In this document: positions 1-13,437 of the stretch, piece after piece
How positions within the stretch are numbered: position 1 is the first letter of the stretch
How the letters are laid out: every line of letters starts with the position of its first letter
Source of the DNA: Eledone cirrhosa
Lineage: Eukaryota
DNA: 64,000 bases
Direction of reading: 5' to 3'
Assembly: GCA_964016885.1 (NCBI GenBank)
Contig: OZ024740.1
Span: forward strand, 367,970,001-368,034,000
Made by a program: the position numbers and the translations under genes
The notes under the pieces: model-generated
Seen by the model: only the letters and a program-made list of their open reading frames with translations
What the model was told of the DNA's origin: nothing
Databases searched by the model: none

Positions 1-240
1 TATATGTTAACAACATCCGAAGAAACTATATAGGCGTTTAGGTTTATCATAATTGGTAGATTGCCGGGTACTTCAAGATCGTCTGTTATGAATCACCAAA
101 TGTGTTTCAGGAAAGGATTTATTAAGATATCTATGAAGTTACCTGGTAGATATGTCTCGCCAATTGGCCCCAATATAATGGATTTAGTTTTACGTCGAAG
201 AGTGAGGGTATATTCACACAATTCCTTTACGCATTTTCAG
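1..240 (-). pseudogene. Penelope-like element reverse transcriptase fragment (motif A region), degenerate
   Basis: Minus-strand translation gives ..LGPIGETYLPGNFIDILINPFLKHIW*FITDDLE.. and NLPIMINLNAYIVSSDVVNI, resembling the PLE RT pattern FIDILLKPF..SFIRD..LVSFDVVNLY. Contains stops and frameshifts. Confidence 0.7.
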
Positions 241-540
241 GTGTCTCATTGATTAGGTTATATTTATATTATTTGGTAGTCAATTGAGATTACTTTCTTC
301 ACATGTGGAACTGATGTGATTGTTTAATTCCTTAACAGTTAAATGATTCCTGTATAGGTGTAGTAAATCAGTGAGTTGTTTAGATTTGTATTTATTTGGC
401 TTATTTATAATATGTATTTTCCACTATAAAATATTTAAATAGTATTTTATATCCATAATGGCAATTATGCCACCTTTATCGGATTCATTCATAACAATAT
501 TTCTGTTCGGTTTATTTCTGTTTTAATTACCCAGACTCAA

Positions 541-917
541 TGATGCCCTCTCATTCATCAAGCTTAGATATCCCCATCCACCTTGACCAAACCTACGTCC
601 ATCCACGCCCGTGAAATTGACCTCTGTCTGGTCCGCTCACCTAGAGACCACCGTCCCTACATCAACTTTCCGTTCACCTTCATCTACCGAAACCTTGGTT
701 CCGATAACGACACCTCGTTTCTTTTCAAACCCAACCATCGCAGCTTTCTTGTACTCTCCTAGTTCTTCCCTTCTTATGATTCCATCCCTCTTCTCACTCT
801 CGTTGTAAAACCTTTCCCTTCATAAGCAATCTCATCAACATCTCAGGAGAACCATTCAAATCATATCCGTCAAAATGTCACATGTTCATCTACCAACGTT
901 GTCAATACCCTCTGGGC
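541..917 (+). pseudogene. Penelope-like element linker / GIY-YIG N-terminal fragment, degenerate
   Basis: Plus-strand pieces RCKTFPFISNLINISG and TCSSTNVVNTLW resemble the CxxC..TCxSxNVVY motif that precedes PLE GIY-YIG domains. Confidence 0.55.
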
Positions 918-2440
918 GTTATTTAAACGAGTATCCCATTAGTTTTACCTTAATTGCGCCTATTGAATGACAAAGCTATAACGAATGACAAATGTTATAA
1001 CGTATTATGTTTCATCATATATTATATATTATATCATATATATTATATTATTTATAGTATATATTATATTATATTGTATTATACTATATTACATTATATT
1101 ATATTACATTACATACAATGTTATTATATCATATCACTAGAAATGGAAATGATATTTTGTTTCAATTGGCTATATTTATATCTTAATAATTTCAAATTTA
1201 CAAAAATAGAATTACAGTAAATTAAATGAAATATGTTGGAATTATTTTAGGATTAAATTTAAAAAATAACAATTTTATTGTAATTATATATTATAATGCA
1301 CTGGAATATTAATTAGGCATACTTAATTATCATTGCTAACGTAGATTTATTTGACTAAAATAATTACTTTTTAATTTAATTCACACAATTTATTCATGAA
1401 TGTGATTGATTTATGTAAAATCCCATCTCAAATTTCCTTAATGAAATTTTAATATATTTCACTGTAATGTGTATACATTGTGAATCAAATTAATACGTTA
1501 TTATACATTTTATTGAAATGTTATTAAGTAAATGTCATATGTGAGTCGTTGTACGTCAATAAGTAATCTCTAATTAAAAAAATGTGAACTAAATTAAAAT
1601 TAATAGAAATATAATATGCAAAAGACATAAAGAGGTGTATGCTAACTATATCAGTAGTTGATAATATATTAATAGTAGTTACAGGTAATTATTAAGAGCA
1701 TATTATAAATCGCGAAATTAGCTAAACTGCTCAATGATGAGATGTGTATTTGAAAGATGTCTCCCAAAGAACTCTAATTTATGATTGAAACGGGGAAAAT
1801 GGCAAGTTTTTATAAATACTTAAAACCTATGGAAATTGTTTAATCATCATACTTGAAAGTCTACTTTAAACATTAGCAAGCTGTAATGCATTAGCATACA
1901 TATCTAAAAACAGGATTATTAATTGAAATGTCTATATTATGGTTAACCAAGACAGGATTATTGCGAAACTCTATAGCTGCTATAGAAACTGATTGTTATA
2001 CATTCGATAGGGTGATGTTGCTAATAGAAAAACACACAAGTATGGCTATAAATATGGAGTGAAAGCGTTTATTTGTGCATGTATTGATGTATGAATACAT
2101 ATACACGACTGTATGTGTGAGATAGAAAGAGATACATGTTGTTTGTTTGTTTGTGTCCTTGTGCTAAATTTCTTTCGTGTTTTACTGGTTATTTTATCAA
2201 AAGAAATAGCAACGGATTTGGTTAGAATGGCACTCAGTGGAATATAACAATACAATCTCAGTAAAAACGAAAAAATATTTCAAAGCTCAATCAATATTTA
2301 TGAAAGGGATGATAACGCAGATAATAGAAACAAAAAGTATCTACTTCAATGTTATCTTATGATTTATTTCCAATATTATATATACAAATATGCACATTCT
2401 TATTCACACAACAAGGAGATATATGTGTATATGTATGCAT

Positions 2441-2492
<52 letters not shown>

Positions 2493-2516
2493 ATACATAC
2501 ACATATATATATATGT

Positions 2517-2552
<36 letters not shown>

Positions 2553-2596
2553 GTGCATGTGTTTGTATGCGTGCGTATGAGTGTATGAGTATGTTT

Positions 2597-2630
<34 letters not shown>

Positions 2631-2751
2631 ACATATGCATGTATGAATCAATGTATATGATTGCATCGTATTTGTGGTTTAGAGCGAAAGTGAAGTGTTA
2701 GACATAAAGATAACTTGGCGATACATTTAAAATGACGCTATTAATAATTGT

Positions 2752-2930
2752 TTCTAGATTTGGCACAAGGCCAGAAATTACCCAGTGCGTTACTGTTGCT
2801 TTAATTTATCGATCCCGTAAAGATGAAAGGTAAAGTTAACCTCGGTGTGATTTGTACTCAGAATTTAAAGGTTCATAACTCTATGCTGCAAAGCTTCGTG
2901 TCTGTTTCTTTACCGATACTGCCAACGCTG
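2752..2930 (-). mobile_element. tRNA-related SINE copy
   Basis: Shares ggcacaaggcca..tttatcga.ccc..gatgaaagg.aaagt..acctcgg..gatttg.actcagaa with copies near 4.1, 5.0, 14.4, 21.4, 25.2 and 27.9 kb. B-box-like gagttcaaatcc on the sense strand of the family. Confidence 0.7.
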
Positions 2931-3350
2931 TAAATAATATCGCTATACTATAGGTTGGTATGTAATATAGTATGTACATATTTCAAAAACAATTGACGGA
3001 ATGAAAAGTACTATAACAATCGCTACTATATATAATAGATGATAAAATCAGATAAATTACACCTGGAATAGGTAAAAGTAAATTTAGACACCCTCGAGAA
3101 ACAAACCCCGCATCTCACGAATCACGGTTGAGTTTGTTAAACAATACTCTATGTGGTTTCTAGACATTATTTGCTGACTTTTAAAAATATTTAATGTACT
3201 CGTCCTAACGTTAATGTCAACAATCGTCAATATAAAAAATCAGGTAAATTACTACTGGAAATAACTATATATAAACTAAATATACTAAATATACAATTAC
3301 TACTAAATATATAATTAGTAAGCTGTATCAGTGAATACTTCTACTGTTCG

Positions 3351-3454
<104 letters not shown>

Positions 3455-4011
3455 CCCTAAGCATTATTATGCACATCATACCATATAGTATCTGCCGAAC
3501 ATTGATCTTCATATATTCTCCACAATCTATCAAATATGAAGTCATTTACTTCAATGTCATATCCTATTTTTCTGATCACACATTTCTGTATCGTTTACAA
3601 TTAGGAAAATATACAGAAACAACCAACAATATTCCATCAATCAATCAAACAATATATATATATATGTTTGTGTGCGTTTATATGTATATAAATCCCATGG
3701 TTGTTAATGACTAGATTTTAGTTGTAAATTTGTTCGTATGCCTCAATTTCACAGATGATTGTATTATCTGACTAAATTCTGAACATTTATTTTTAAATAT
3801 GTTTATATTTTCGTTGCTGCTTATGTATATATACACTTTATATCCATTTTCGATTTCTCATTACCATATATTATATAGTGATATTTTATTCATGAAATAT
3901 TGTTATATGTCCCAGGTAAACGGTGTCGTAGACAGCAGTTGTATTTCTAAACTGATACATCGAACTTATTTCCTGCAGTTATTATTTGACACACATGTAA
4001 GTCTGTTGATT

Positions 4012-4212
4012 GGCAACGTCGATAGTGCGTTGAAAAACATACTTTGTGGCATGTAGTTACCGCCATTTACGTTATGAGTTCAAATCCCACCGTGATTAAT
4101 TTTGCCTTACGGTTTCGATGAAATAATGTACCATTAACGCAATGGGTCGATTTAATCCCATTTCTCCATCCCTACAAATTGCTGACCTTGCGTCAAAAGT
4201 AGAAACTATAAT
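4012..4212 (+). mobile_element. tRNA-related SINE copy
   Basis: gagttcaaatccc B-box followed by ttgcctt..cggtttcgat..aataa.gtacca; reverse complement of the 2752 copy. Confidence 0.65.
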
Positions 4213-4962
4213 TTGACATATACGTTAGTAAATACAAGGTGCTTGGCCAAATGTGAGGGTGTCTGAGGCTACTGGAATGTGTAGTCGTTTGTGTGTTAGG
4301 CCTTACATATCATGAATATATTAATTCTGGAGTTTCAAACATCATATTTCATCTCTTCATATGTGCCACCTTTTATGAAGATTCATATGTCGCGTCATGC
4401 AAAAGGGCTTGCGGAATTTTTTCATTAACTTCTGCTGTCAAACCGCGTTAACTCTGTTCTTTCGTATTATACGAACCAAGTCCTACTTTTTATATTATTG
4501 ATTTCCTAGCTTCTCACATTGCTGCACATCAGCCTAAATCAGTGCACACTATTATAATAAACACACGCGTGTTGAATATGAAATTAGTAAGGTACTCATT
4601 CTCCAAACCCGTGTGGCTGCTGTCGAATTAAATCATATAATATTGAATTCATAACTAAAACATCTTACTAATATAAAAATATGACTTTCATATAATCATC
4701 CATATATGAGATGTCATATACTGAATATATGTCATATGATATCATGTTTAACATATACTAAGTGTTTAGAGAAATTTTATTTCTCCACTGTAATTAAGTC
4801 TCTATGTTCTTATTCTATGAATATTTTAAGGATTTCTAAGTTAGGCAAAAGGCTTACAAAGAATAGTAGGAAGAACTGGAATGAAAGTTTATGAATCTAT
4901 TTTATATCTATATGAATTATTTCATTTTTTGAATTACATTCCTATAGGATGCTAGAACAATT

Positions 4963-5106
4963 GTTTCTACATTTGGCACAGGGTGATCAATTTGAAGGGA
5001 AGGGAAAAGTTGATTGAACCGTCTCCGGTATGTAGCTGGTGCTTTAATTTATCAACGCTGTAATGATGAAAGGCAAAGCTAACCTCGGCTGGATTTGAAC
5101 TCAGAA
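4963..5106 (-). mobile_element. tRNA-related SINE copy
   Basis: ttggcaca..tttatcaac..gatgaaaggcaaagctaacctcggctggatttgaactcagaa. Confidence 0.7.
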
Positions 5107-5558
5107 TCGACCTTCCGTAAAAAGAGTCATATTAATTTGATACTAAGAATAAAATATTAAATACATAGAAAGTAAATATAAATGTTATTGTGGCTTTCAT
5201 GTGTAGTTCTGGACTGATAAATATAAGCTTTCATTTTCGTCAACTTTTCTTTTATGGGTGGTATTACATAAGCCAGCTAAAAATATAATATATCACCCAA
5301 TTACAAGCTTTCATCAAAATGAAGTAAAACAGAGAACAACATTTGTTTTATATTCTAATTCCAATGTATCGGATGAGATTCTTTATTGCCATTGGCAAAT
5401 TTGAGTTTCATTAAAACATACTCTGACACAATTGAGTTGTATTTCAATTGATAAGGATTTTCATGTCATTCATGGGTATAATGATATACTCACATATATA
5501 CGAACATATATGTATCTACATTTATATATGCGTGCATGTATGTATTTGCAAATGTATA

Positions 5559-5622
<64 letters not shown>

Positions 5623-5649
5623 TCTCTCTCTCTCTCATATATATATATA

Positions 5650-5820
5650 CCAGCTGAGGTACCCAGCTTCGCCAAGGTTAACAAATGATAAGAGAAGACC
5701 GGCAGCAGAGAAGACGTCTGTATTGAATGCATTGTCTTGTTCACAGTGTGTGTGTATTGTGTGCGTGTGTGTGTATGTTTCTGTGTGTTTGTGTGTATAT
5801 AAATATGTGTGTGAGTGTTC

Positions 5821-5862
<42 letters not shown>

Positions 5863-7471
5863 GTGTGTGTGTCTTTGTGAGTGTTCGTGTGTGTGTGTGC
5901 GTGTGTATGTGTAAACCACCATTGGAATCGGAGAAATAGGCCGCGAAACACGATCATCACTGACAACGTACTAGCAGAGAGAATCCCTTATGGTTGATTC
6001 CAAGCCTGCTAGAAATAGCAGTCAGGTTGGTTAGCATACGTGGTATGTCTGTCTTCTTCTTTGGTGTTGTAAAATTAGTATCCATAAACTTTCCTGGATA
6101 TACTCTTATCCCTATCCTGTACATTCTTTCCGATTCTTACTTTTCGTTTTTTACGTGTGATACGCGAAGGAACCAACCAACAAACATCTCTCTTTCATAT
6201 CTCTTTTATTTGTTCAGTCAAAATATATTTCAGCTAATTCTGTCGTACAATATACATCAGCAATCGTTATCTAATGTTTAAAACATATGAATAGCTGCGA
6301 TATCTGCACCATATTTATCAAAAACGATATGAGAATCGAATACAATACTAAAGCGCCAGTAAGCTTGCTAAGAACCTGCAGATAGAAATATTAGTATATA
6401 CAACATTTGACTTGGGTAAACTTTAAGATGTTCTTTCATTGTAGGTTTCTTTTCTCCCTCTCTCCTTCCTCTCCTCTTCCTTCTTTATCTTCCCCCATCT
6501 CTCTCTATATATATACGGCTAGGTTTACCGGCATTTTATCTTTTCAGGAATTCCCCCTCCACTCCAGTGCAAATATACCGCACGCCCTCTCAGGTCAACG
6601 ATGCAGTACGTTAAAGAAAATTTATAGTTACAACAATACAGGTTCAACAGAGAACACATTTTTGAATAAACTTTACAATAATGTGTACAACCATAATGGA
6701 AATTCTAAGTAACAGAAAATATATAAATTACATTGTTAGATCCTCAGTGTATACAATATTTTTTGTTCGGCCCTCGGGAGCAAAGATGAAGAGATTGTTT
6801 GGCGAGCTCACCCTAGAGCATCCTACATACAATTGACCATGGTTTTCCCAGATGAAGGCCAGCCACTTTTAAGGTTTGACCCTGAGCTTTGTTGATGGTA
6901 ATCGCGAAGCTTAGTCTCTCTGTTGCTCTAGTAATATTTTTTTTTTGAAAATCTGATCTTGCCGCCAGGCTAGGACTTTTTGGGTGGCATATCGGCACTA
7001 ACAATGACGATAAACCGTCTGTACATTCGTGAAATAAATACGTTTGTTTATATTTTGTTTTTGTGTATGCAAAAATATCTGTACACGAATATATATATAT
7101 ATTAAAATAACAGATTAAAGTTTCAGCAAAGACTCGCTGCTTTCACCCTTAACGGGATCTTCTGAAACTAAAAATGAAATTTGTGAACGCAGAAGTAAAT
7201 ATTGCAACCGAAAGAAAACAGGAAAATGATACTTTAGTTCATGAAGACGTTAGGAATGTCGTATAACCGGAAGTGTTGACATTTGAACATTTTAAAGAAG
7301 TTAAAATTTAAATAATATCTTTAATCTTTTAACAAAATTCAGTAGACGAAAATACCCTCACTATTTTACTTGGAAAAAGTTACATATATGGTGCAAATTT
7401 GGTGCTGTTTGGTCCAGTCGTTTGGCAGAGAGTTTGTTACCTACATACGGCCGTCAGATTTATAGTATAGA
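5650..7471 (-). mobile_element. Non-autonomous Helitron with PIF1-helicase remnant
   Basis: Minus-strand 5' end A|TCTATACTATA at 7471. Degenerate 3' hairpin plus CTGG|T (for CTAG) at 5650. Internal helicase fragment. Confidence 0.65.
6728..6920 (-). pseudogene. Helitron RepHel PIF1-like helicase C-terminal fragment
   Basis: RLSFAITINKAQGQTLKVAGLHLGKP, frameshift, then HGQLYVGCSRVSSPNNLFIFAPEGRTKNIVYTEDLTM*: PIF1 motifs V and VI. Confidence 0.9.
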
Positions 7472-7473
7472 TG

Positions 7474-7530
<57 letters not shown>

Positions 7531-7600
7531 AAAAAGGGATGAAATCGAAAATGCAACTGAAGTCTTATTTTTTTTTTAAATATATATATTTATTTGGTTC

Positions 7601-7637
7601 CGTTACCGGTTTCGCAGTTCTTCTGCTTTTCAAAAGG
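7601..7637 (-). ncRNA. Minimal type I hammerhead ribozyme, U3:A8 variant (candidate)
   Basis: Minus strand reads cctt TTGAAAA gcag-aagaa-ctgc GAAA ccgg TA acgg, in the same sense as and downstream of the GIY-YIG ORF. Confidence 0.6.
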
Positions 7638-7948
7638 TGAGTTGAGATGGAGGGTCTGTGGTTTTTCTCACATGAGAAATATATACAAATATACACATAC
7701 ATACATATACACATATAAATATACATACACGCACACATATATATATATACACACACACACATACATACATACACACATCCATACATATATATACACACAC
7801 CCACATACATATATACCCACACGTACATACATCCATACATATCTACACATATATATGTGTGTGTCTCACCGTTCACTCAGATATTCATGTGTACACATAA
7901 GAAGAGGGGGGGGGGTAGTGAAATGGAATTTTACCTTCGAGTGTTAAT

Positions 7949-8356
7949 TCATTGTTTCGTGTTCAGTAGTGGTTCAAATTTTTCAATGAAGAATTCTTTA
8001 TATTTGCGGAAATGTTCGTTTTCCGACCATATCTTGAAGAAAGGGATGATTGTGAATTTTCCCTTCCCGCATGATGTAAAGTGTGCGCTACATGTGATAT
8101 TTCTGACTGTGGGGTCTTTAATTTGTTGTTTATGTACCCGGACTCTATCATGTAGTCCCATTCCGGTTTCCTCAATGTAATACTCTTTACACTGTGGAGA
8201 TGTTGCGCAATATATTAGGTTTTTTGTGTTGCAGTTAATGTTTGCATTGATCTTGAAATTATCATGTTTTTTTAAGGACAACTGTTTGCCCTCTTCGATG
8301 AGTTCACAGGTTCCACATCTAGGGTCCCCGCATTTCGTCAGTTGCATTGATTCCAT
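7949..8356 (-). pseudogene. GIY-YIG endonuclease domain of a Penelope-like element
   Basis: NLIYC..YIEETG (GIY-YIG variant), conserved R..H and a preceding CxxxxCxxC motif. Confidence 0.85.
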
Positions 8357-8681
8357 GTTGGTCGTAAATTTTGCCTTGGTAATTAGTTTTTAAAGGTTGG
8401 GTGCTTGGCGTCTGCTATAAATTATCTGTGTGTTTTTTAAGAGTGCATTCATTTTGGTAGATTGCTGTAGAATCGGAAGTTACTGCTTAGCAGTTTTCAC
8501 AATGTTGACGTTGTGAGTGATGACAAAAGAGATAGCAGGGTTTTCTTTTTTATGTTGTGGGTTTGGTTTTCTCAGTGTTGTTATTGGGATGTTCTTAGCC
8601 TTGGAGATGGCTGCGTTGATGAGTTTCATCGGGTATTCTTGTTTTTTAAGGAATTTTTTCAGGTCACATAATCTTTTTTCT

Positions 8682-9167
8682 TGTGTATATATATATGTGT
8701 GTGTGTGTATGTATATATATATGTGTGTGTGTGTGTATGTATATATGTTCGTGTGTATATATATATATATATGTGTGTGTGTATGTATATATATATGTGT
8801 ATATGTATGTATGTGTATATTTGTATATATATATATGTATATATATATATAGATATATAGATATATGTTTATATGTGTGTGTATGTATATGTATGTATCT
8901 ATATGTGTGTGTGTGTATGTATGTGCATATATGTATATGTGTCTTTATGTGTTTGTGTGGACATATATATACATGTATGTATATGTTTGTGTGTATATGT
9001 ATATATATATATATATATGTATGTATATGTATGTGTATATATGTATGTGTGTATGTATGTGTTTGTATGTGTATGTGTATGTGTATGTATATATATATAT
9101 ATATATATATATAAATATATATATATGTGTATATATGTGTATATGTGTGTATGTGTCTGTATGTGTT

Positions 9168-9220
<53 letters not shown>

Positions 9221-9590
9221 ATGCATGTATGTGTGAACGGATGTATATATACGGACATATGTATATGTGTGTGTGTGTGTGTCTGTGTGTGTACACGTGT
9301 GTGTGTGTGTGTATGTGTGTGTGTATGTGTATATATGTATATTTAGTCATGTATCTTTATGTGTGTATATATATGTATATGTATGTATATATATATATAT
9401 ACCCCTGTGGAGGTATGAGTAAATATCCGTGTGTGTACGTATGTGTATATGTGTTTTTATATGTGTCTTTATATGTTTGTGTGTATGTATGTGGATGTAT
9501 ATGTACATGGGTGTGTGATTGATGATGTGTGCCTATATATTCCTAGATATGCCTGTGTGTGTATGTACGTATATACGCATATATGTGTGT
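8682..9590. repeat. Compound (TA)/(TG)/(TATG) microsatellite
   Basis: About 900 bp of mixed dinucleotide repeats; source of many spurious ORFs. Confidence 0.95.
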
Positions 9591-10172
9591 GTTGATCAAA
9601 GGACTAATTTTGGGATGGACGTAGAAAAAGTCTCCAGAAAAAATTAATTGTTTACAAGCTTGGCAGGTGGGGTTTGCCTATGACCATTTTCGATACAAAG
9701 GAATACTAAAAGCTTTTTTCCCCTGAATAAAGGAATTTTTCGAGAATGACCGTGGCAGGCCGCGCTTGCTACATTACTCATTACTGCTATTAACATTTTT
9801 TCAACACACCTACACCCCTACACTTATTATAAGGGGGAGAAACCCCCCCCCACCACACCACAAACATGTTAAATGCCTATATATAGAATAACACACCACA
9901 TACACATCAGTTTGACAAGCGCACCTCAGCGTGAAAGGTGTTTCTAAAAACGAAACACTACCTCCTACATTAACCAAGAACTCGTAAGACCTCACCAACA
10001 ACCAACGACTTAATTTATAAAATAAAAAAAAAATAAAAATAAAAAAAAATAAAAAAAAAAAAATATTTCTAATGCGGACAAAAAATATTTTTGGATTTTG
10101 TGAAGAAAATAAATTTGTTGTAAGCACAAGTGAAGCCATGTTTTTCTTCCCTCCTGTCTTAATATATATATA

Positions 10173-10309
<137 letters not shown>

Positions 10310-10365
10310 TTAGCGTTTTTTTTTTACAAATCGAAAAATAACCGAGGTGTCCTACACGAGTGAAA

Positions 10366-10652
10366 GTATAAAGAAAAAGAGATGAAATCGAAAATGCCAC
10401 TGGAGTCTCATTTAAAAAAAATATATATATATATATTTATTTCGCAGTTCTTCTGCTTTTCAAAAGTAGAGTTGAGATGGAGGGTCTGTGGCTTTTCTCA
10501 CAGATGTGAGAAAAACCACAGACCCTCCATCTCAACTCTACTTTTGAAAAGCAGAAGAACTGCGAAACCGGTAAAGGAACCAAATAAATATACATATTTT
10601 TATTAAAACATAAGACTCCAGTTGCATTTTCGATTTTATCTCTTTTTCTTTA
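10366..10652. repeat. Fold-back (inverted) pair of PLE pLTR ends
   Basis: Arms are reverse complements around ctcacagatgtgag (about 10497-10510). Same family as 7527-7676. (TA)n on both sides. Confidence 0.85.
10541..10576 (+). ncRNA. Minimal type I hammerhead ribozyme, U3:A8 variant (candidate)
   Basis: ctt TTGAAAA gcag-aagaa-ctgc GAAA ccgg TA aag. Confidence 0.65.
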
Positions 10653-11006
10653 TATATATATATATTACAAAAACTGGGGAAGTTTAGATTTTTATTTTAT
10701 ATCAATTTGTTACGTCGGTTTATTTTATATCAATTTGTTACGCGGGTTTATTTTATATCAATTTGCTCACCCATAGGATTTATGGTGATGTTGTCACATC
10801 GTCAGTCTGTATGGCCGATCGATAATGGAGTCGGGTCCATATCTCCTTGGCTGACCTTGAGCCAATTACCTGCGAAACACGCGTAATAGGTCGATAAACA
10901 ATACAAAACGTATACATGTAAACGAAACTCCCTCGTTTTTTCTAATATATACGCCCAGTCTGTGCACAGAGGGCTTCTTTTGGTACTACCACCACTAATC
11001 TCTCCC

Positions 11007-11074
<68 letters not shown>

Positions 11075-12431
11075 AAATTAATATATGATAAACACTTACT
11101 TGTTTTTGTTGTAATTGACAATAAAATAGCTAGATTGAAATATCTTAATTCAAATACATATAGTCTGCCTGTGTCGATCTAAAAAATAATAAATCAATAC
11201 TCACAAACACATATCGGCAAAAGGCCTTGGTACCTAGACACGTTTCAATTTCAAAATACAAACTTTTTCCGCAGATCAGTCCGAACTTCAAAATTAAACA
11301 TGTTTCACAAAGGATGGTATAATTGTGAAATAATTAATCAATTAGTAGTGAGATAATTAATTTTCTGTGTTTATCAATAGGTACCCAGATAAATTAAGTA
11401 ACTTCACCTCAGAAAAATATCTAAGGTCTGGTTAACGTAGCGAAAATACACGAGGTTTTGCACACGAATTATTCCAGTCCTCTAGCCTCCCATACTCATA
11501 GTGCTAGAAATAACAGCCGTTTATATGGGATTACAAATTCAGCTCAACTGAGGGACCAGTAATATAATATAATTGAGAGTTTACACTCAATGGGACTGAT
11601 CTGCGGAAAAAGTTTGTATTTTGAAATTGAAACGTGTCTAGGTACCAAGGCCTTTTGCCGATATGTGTTTGTGAGTATTGATTTATTATTTTTTAGATCG
11701 ACACAGGCAGACTATATGTATTTGAATTAAGATATTTCATTCTAGCTATTTTATTGTCAATTACAACAAAAACACGTAAGTGTTTATCATATATTAATTT
11801 ATACTGCTCAGAAATGATTCTTAGAGCTAAAATAATTGTAAATGACCCCATTGAGTGTAAACTCTAAATCATATTATATTACTGCTCCCTCAGTTGAGCT
11901 GAATTTGTAATCCCATATAAACAGCTGTTATTTCTAGCACTATGAGTATAGGAGGCTAGAGGACTGGAATAATTCGTGTGCAAAACCTCGTGTATTTTCG
12001 CTACGGTAACCAGACCTTAGAAATTTTTCCGAGGTGAAGTTACTTAATTTATCTGGGTACCTATTGATAAACACAGAAAATTAATTATCTCACTACTAAT
12101 TGATTAATTATTTCACAATTATACCATCCTTTGTGAAACATGTTTAATTTTGAAGTTCGGACTGATCTGCGGAAAAAGTTTGTATTTTGAAATTTAAACG
12201 TCTCTAGGTACCAAGGCCTTTTGCCGATATGTGTTTGTGAGTATTGATTTATTATTTTTTAGATCGACACAGGCAGACTATATGTATTTGAATTAAGATA
12301 TTTCATTCTAGCTATTTTATTGTCAATTACAACAAAAACACATAAGTGTTTATCATATATTAATTTATACTGCTCAGAAATGATTCTTAGAGCTAAAATA
12401 ATTGTAAATGACCCCATTGAGTGTAAACTCT

Positions 12432-12440
<9 letters not shown>
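11075..12440. mobile_element. Non-coding PLE-type element: inverted plus partial-tandem pLTR units (about 570 bp)
   Basis: 11075-11593 is the reverse complement of about 11848-12366. 11593-11870 is directly repeated at about 12159-12436. (TA)n at both flanks. Confidence 0.8.
11229..11385 (-). ncRNA. Type I hammerhead ribozyme, U3:A8 variant with long stem-II region (candidate)
   Basis: GGTACCTA TTGATAA [about 125 nt] GAAA cgtg TC TAGGTACC with a perfect 8-bp stem I. The base of stem II is unclear. A plus-strand copy at 12056-12212 has GAAA mutated to TAAA. Confidence 0.55.
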
Positions 12441-12475
<35 letters not shown>

Positions 12476-12476
<1 letters not shown>

Positions 12477-12673
12477 CGAAGAAAGTGTGGTAAGGAACCA
12501 GGTGGACTATCACGCACCAGAGTACTCGATAATTTGGGTAGTAGAGTGGGTAATAGCAAATTAGTCAGGACCCCGACGGCAGAGCTCAAATAGCTTCGAC
12601 GACTATTTCTGGACTCGAAATAGCCGTCGTTACGGCTTGAGCTCTGCCTTCGGGGTCCTGACTCTTTTCCTAT
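12476..12673. repeat. Short fold-back element (ccgacggc/gagctc family)
   Basis: Terminal palindrome gacccCGACGGCAGAGCTCAA..TTGAGCTCTGCCTTCGGGGTC; homologous copies at 30.6, 33.0, 36.7, 36.9 and 41.9 kb; (TA)n flanks. Confidence 0.8.
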
Positions 12674-13379
12674 ATATATATACATATGCATGAAACTCAT
12701 GAGACCCTGTGATTTTGCAATTCTGTGTTTGCCTTGTGTGTCTGTGTTTGTGTATATATACATTTAAAATGTGAAAGAAGGAGGGAAATAAAAGGACAAG
12801 AATGACTGATTGTTACCTTAATAATGCATTGATCTAAATATACCGGCACGAGCTTTTATATATATATGTGCTTACTTATATATTTACAATTCACGATATA
12901 TTTTGTGTTATTATGCTATATTTAGTTTAAAGATGTTTCCACTCTCTGTTTACTCTTGTGATTATATATTATAATATTGCTTCAATCTTGTTAAATTTAT
13001 TTTTTCATGAAGCTCAACACAATAATCGTTTTTGCTGTAATTATGTAGTATTAAACCTATTTATAAGGCAACAAATATTTTCTATTTAGATTTAAATCCT
13101 ATTAGTCGAACCATGATTGTAAATTGTTTTACAAACAAGTTAAAAGTAAATTATTCTCTTGGTGATATTATATCTGTATCCTTAGTTTATATCAAGGGTG
13201 TGCAATATTTATTAAGCACTATTCCAAAGATTCAACACAACGTCTTTCCATAACATGGAACTGGGAAATTATAACACACATATCCCTATTAGTGAAGCCC
13301 TTTAGTATAGGTCAACTAACAGAAAATTGTATTATGTTTAGGAAAAGAATTCTAAATAAGTGTACAAGGTAAAAATTAA

Positions 13380-13437
13380 AAACGGTCATCGTGGGCCGGA
13401 TTGTGGACCGCGTGCCGCCTGTTGGACGCCGCTGGTT
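13380..13437. mobile_element. Possible hAT-type DNA transposon terminus
   Basis: GC-rich gggccggatt..ggaccgcgtgccgcctgttggacgccgctg resembles hAT subterminal and TIR sequence; partner end not found. Confidence 0.35.

Larger units (their letters stand above)
7527..8668 (-). mobile_element. 5'-truncated Penelope-like element (linker + GIY-YIG + 3' pLTR)
   Basis: ORF 7949-8356 has CGDPRCGTC..NCNTKNLIYCAT..C...YIEETG..L..R...H. Upstream 8357-8665 reads as the RT-EN linker with stops. The 7527-7676 terminus recurs at 10.4, 33.3 and 36.6 kb. Confidence 0.85.
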
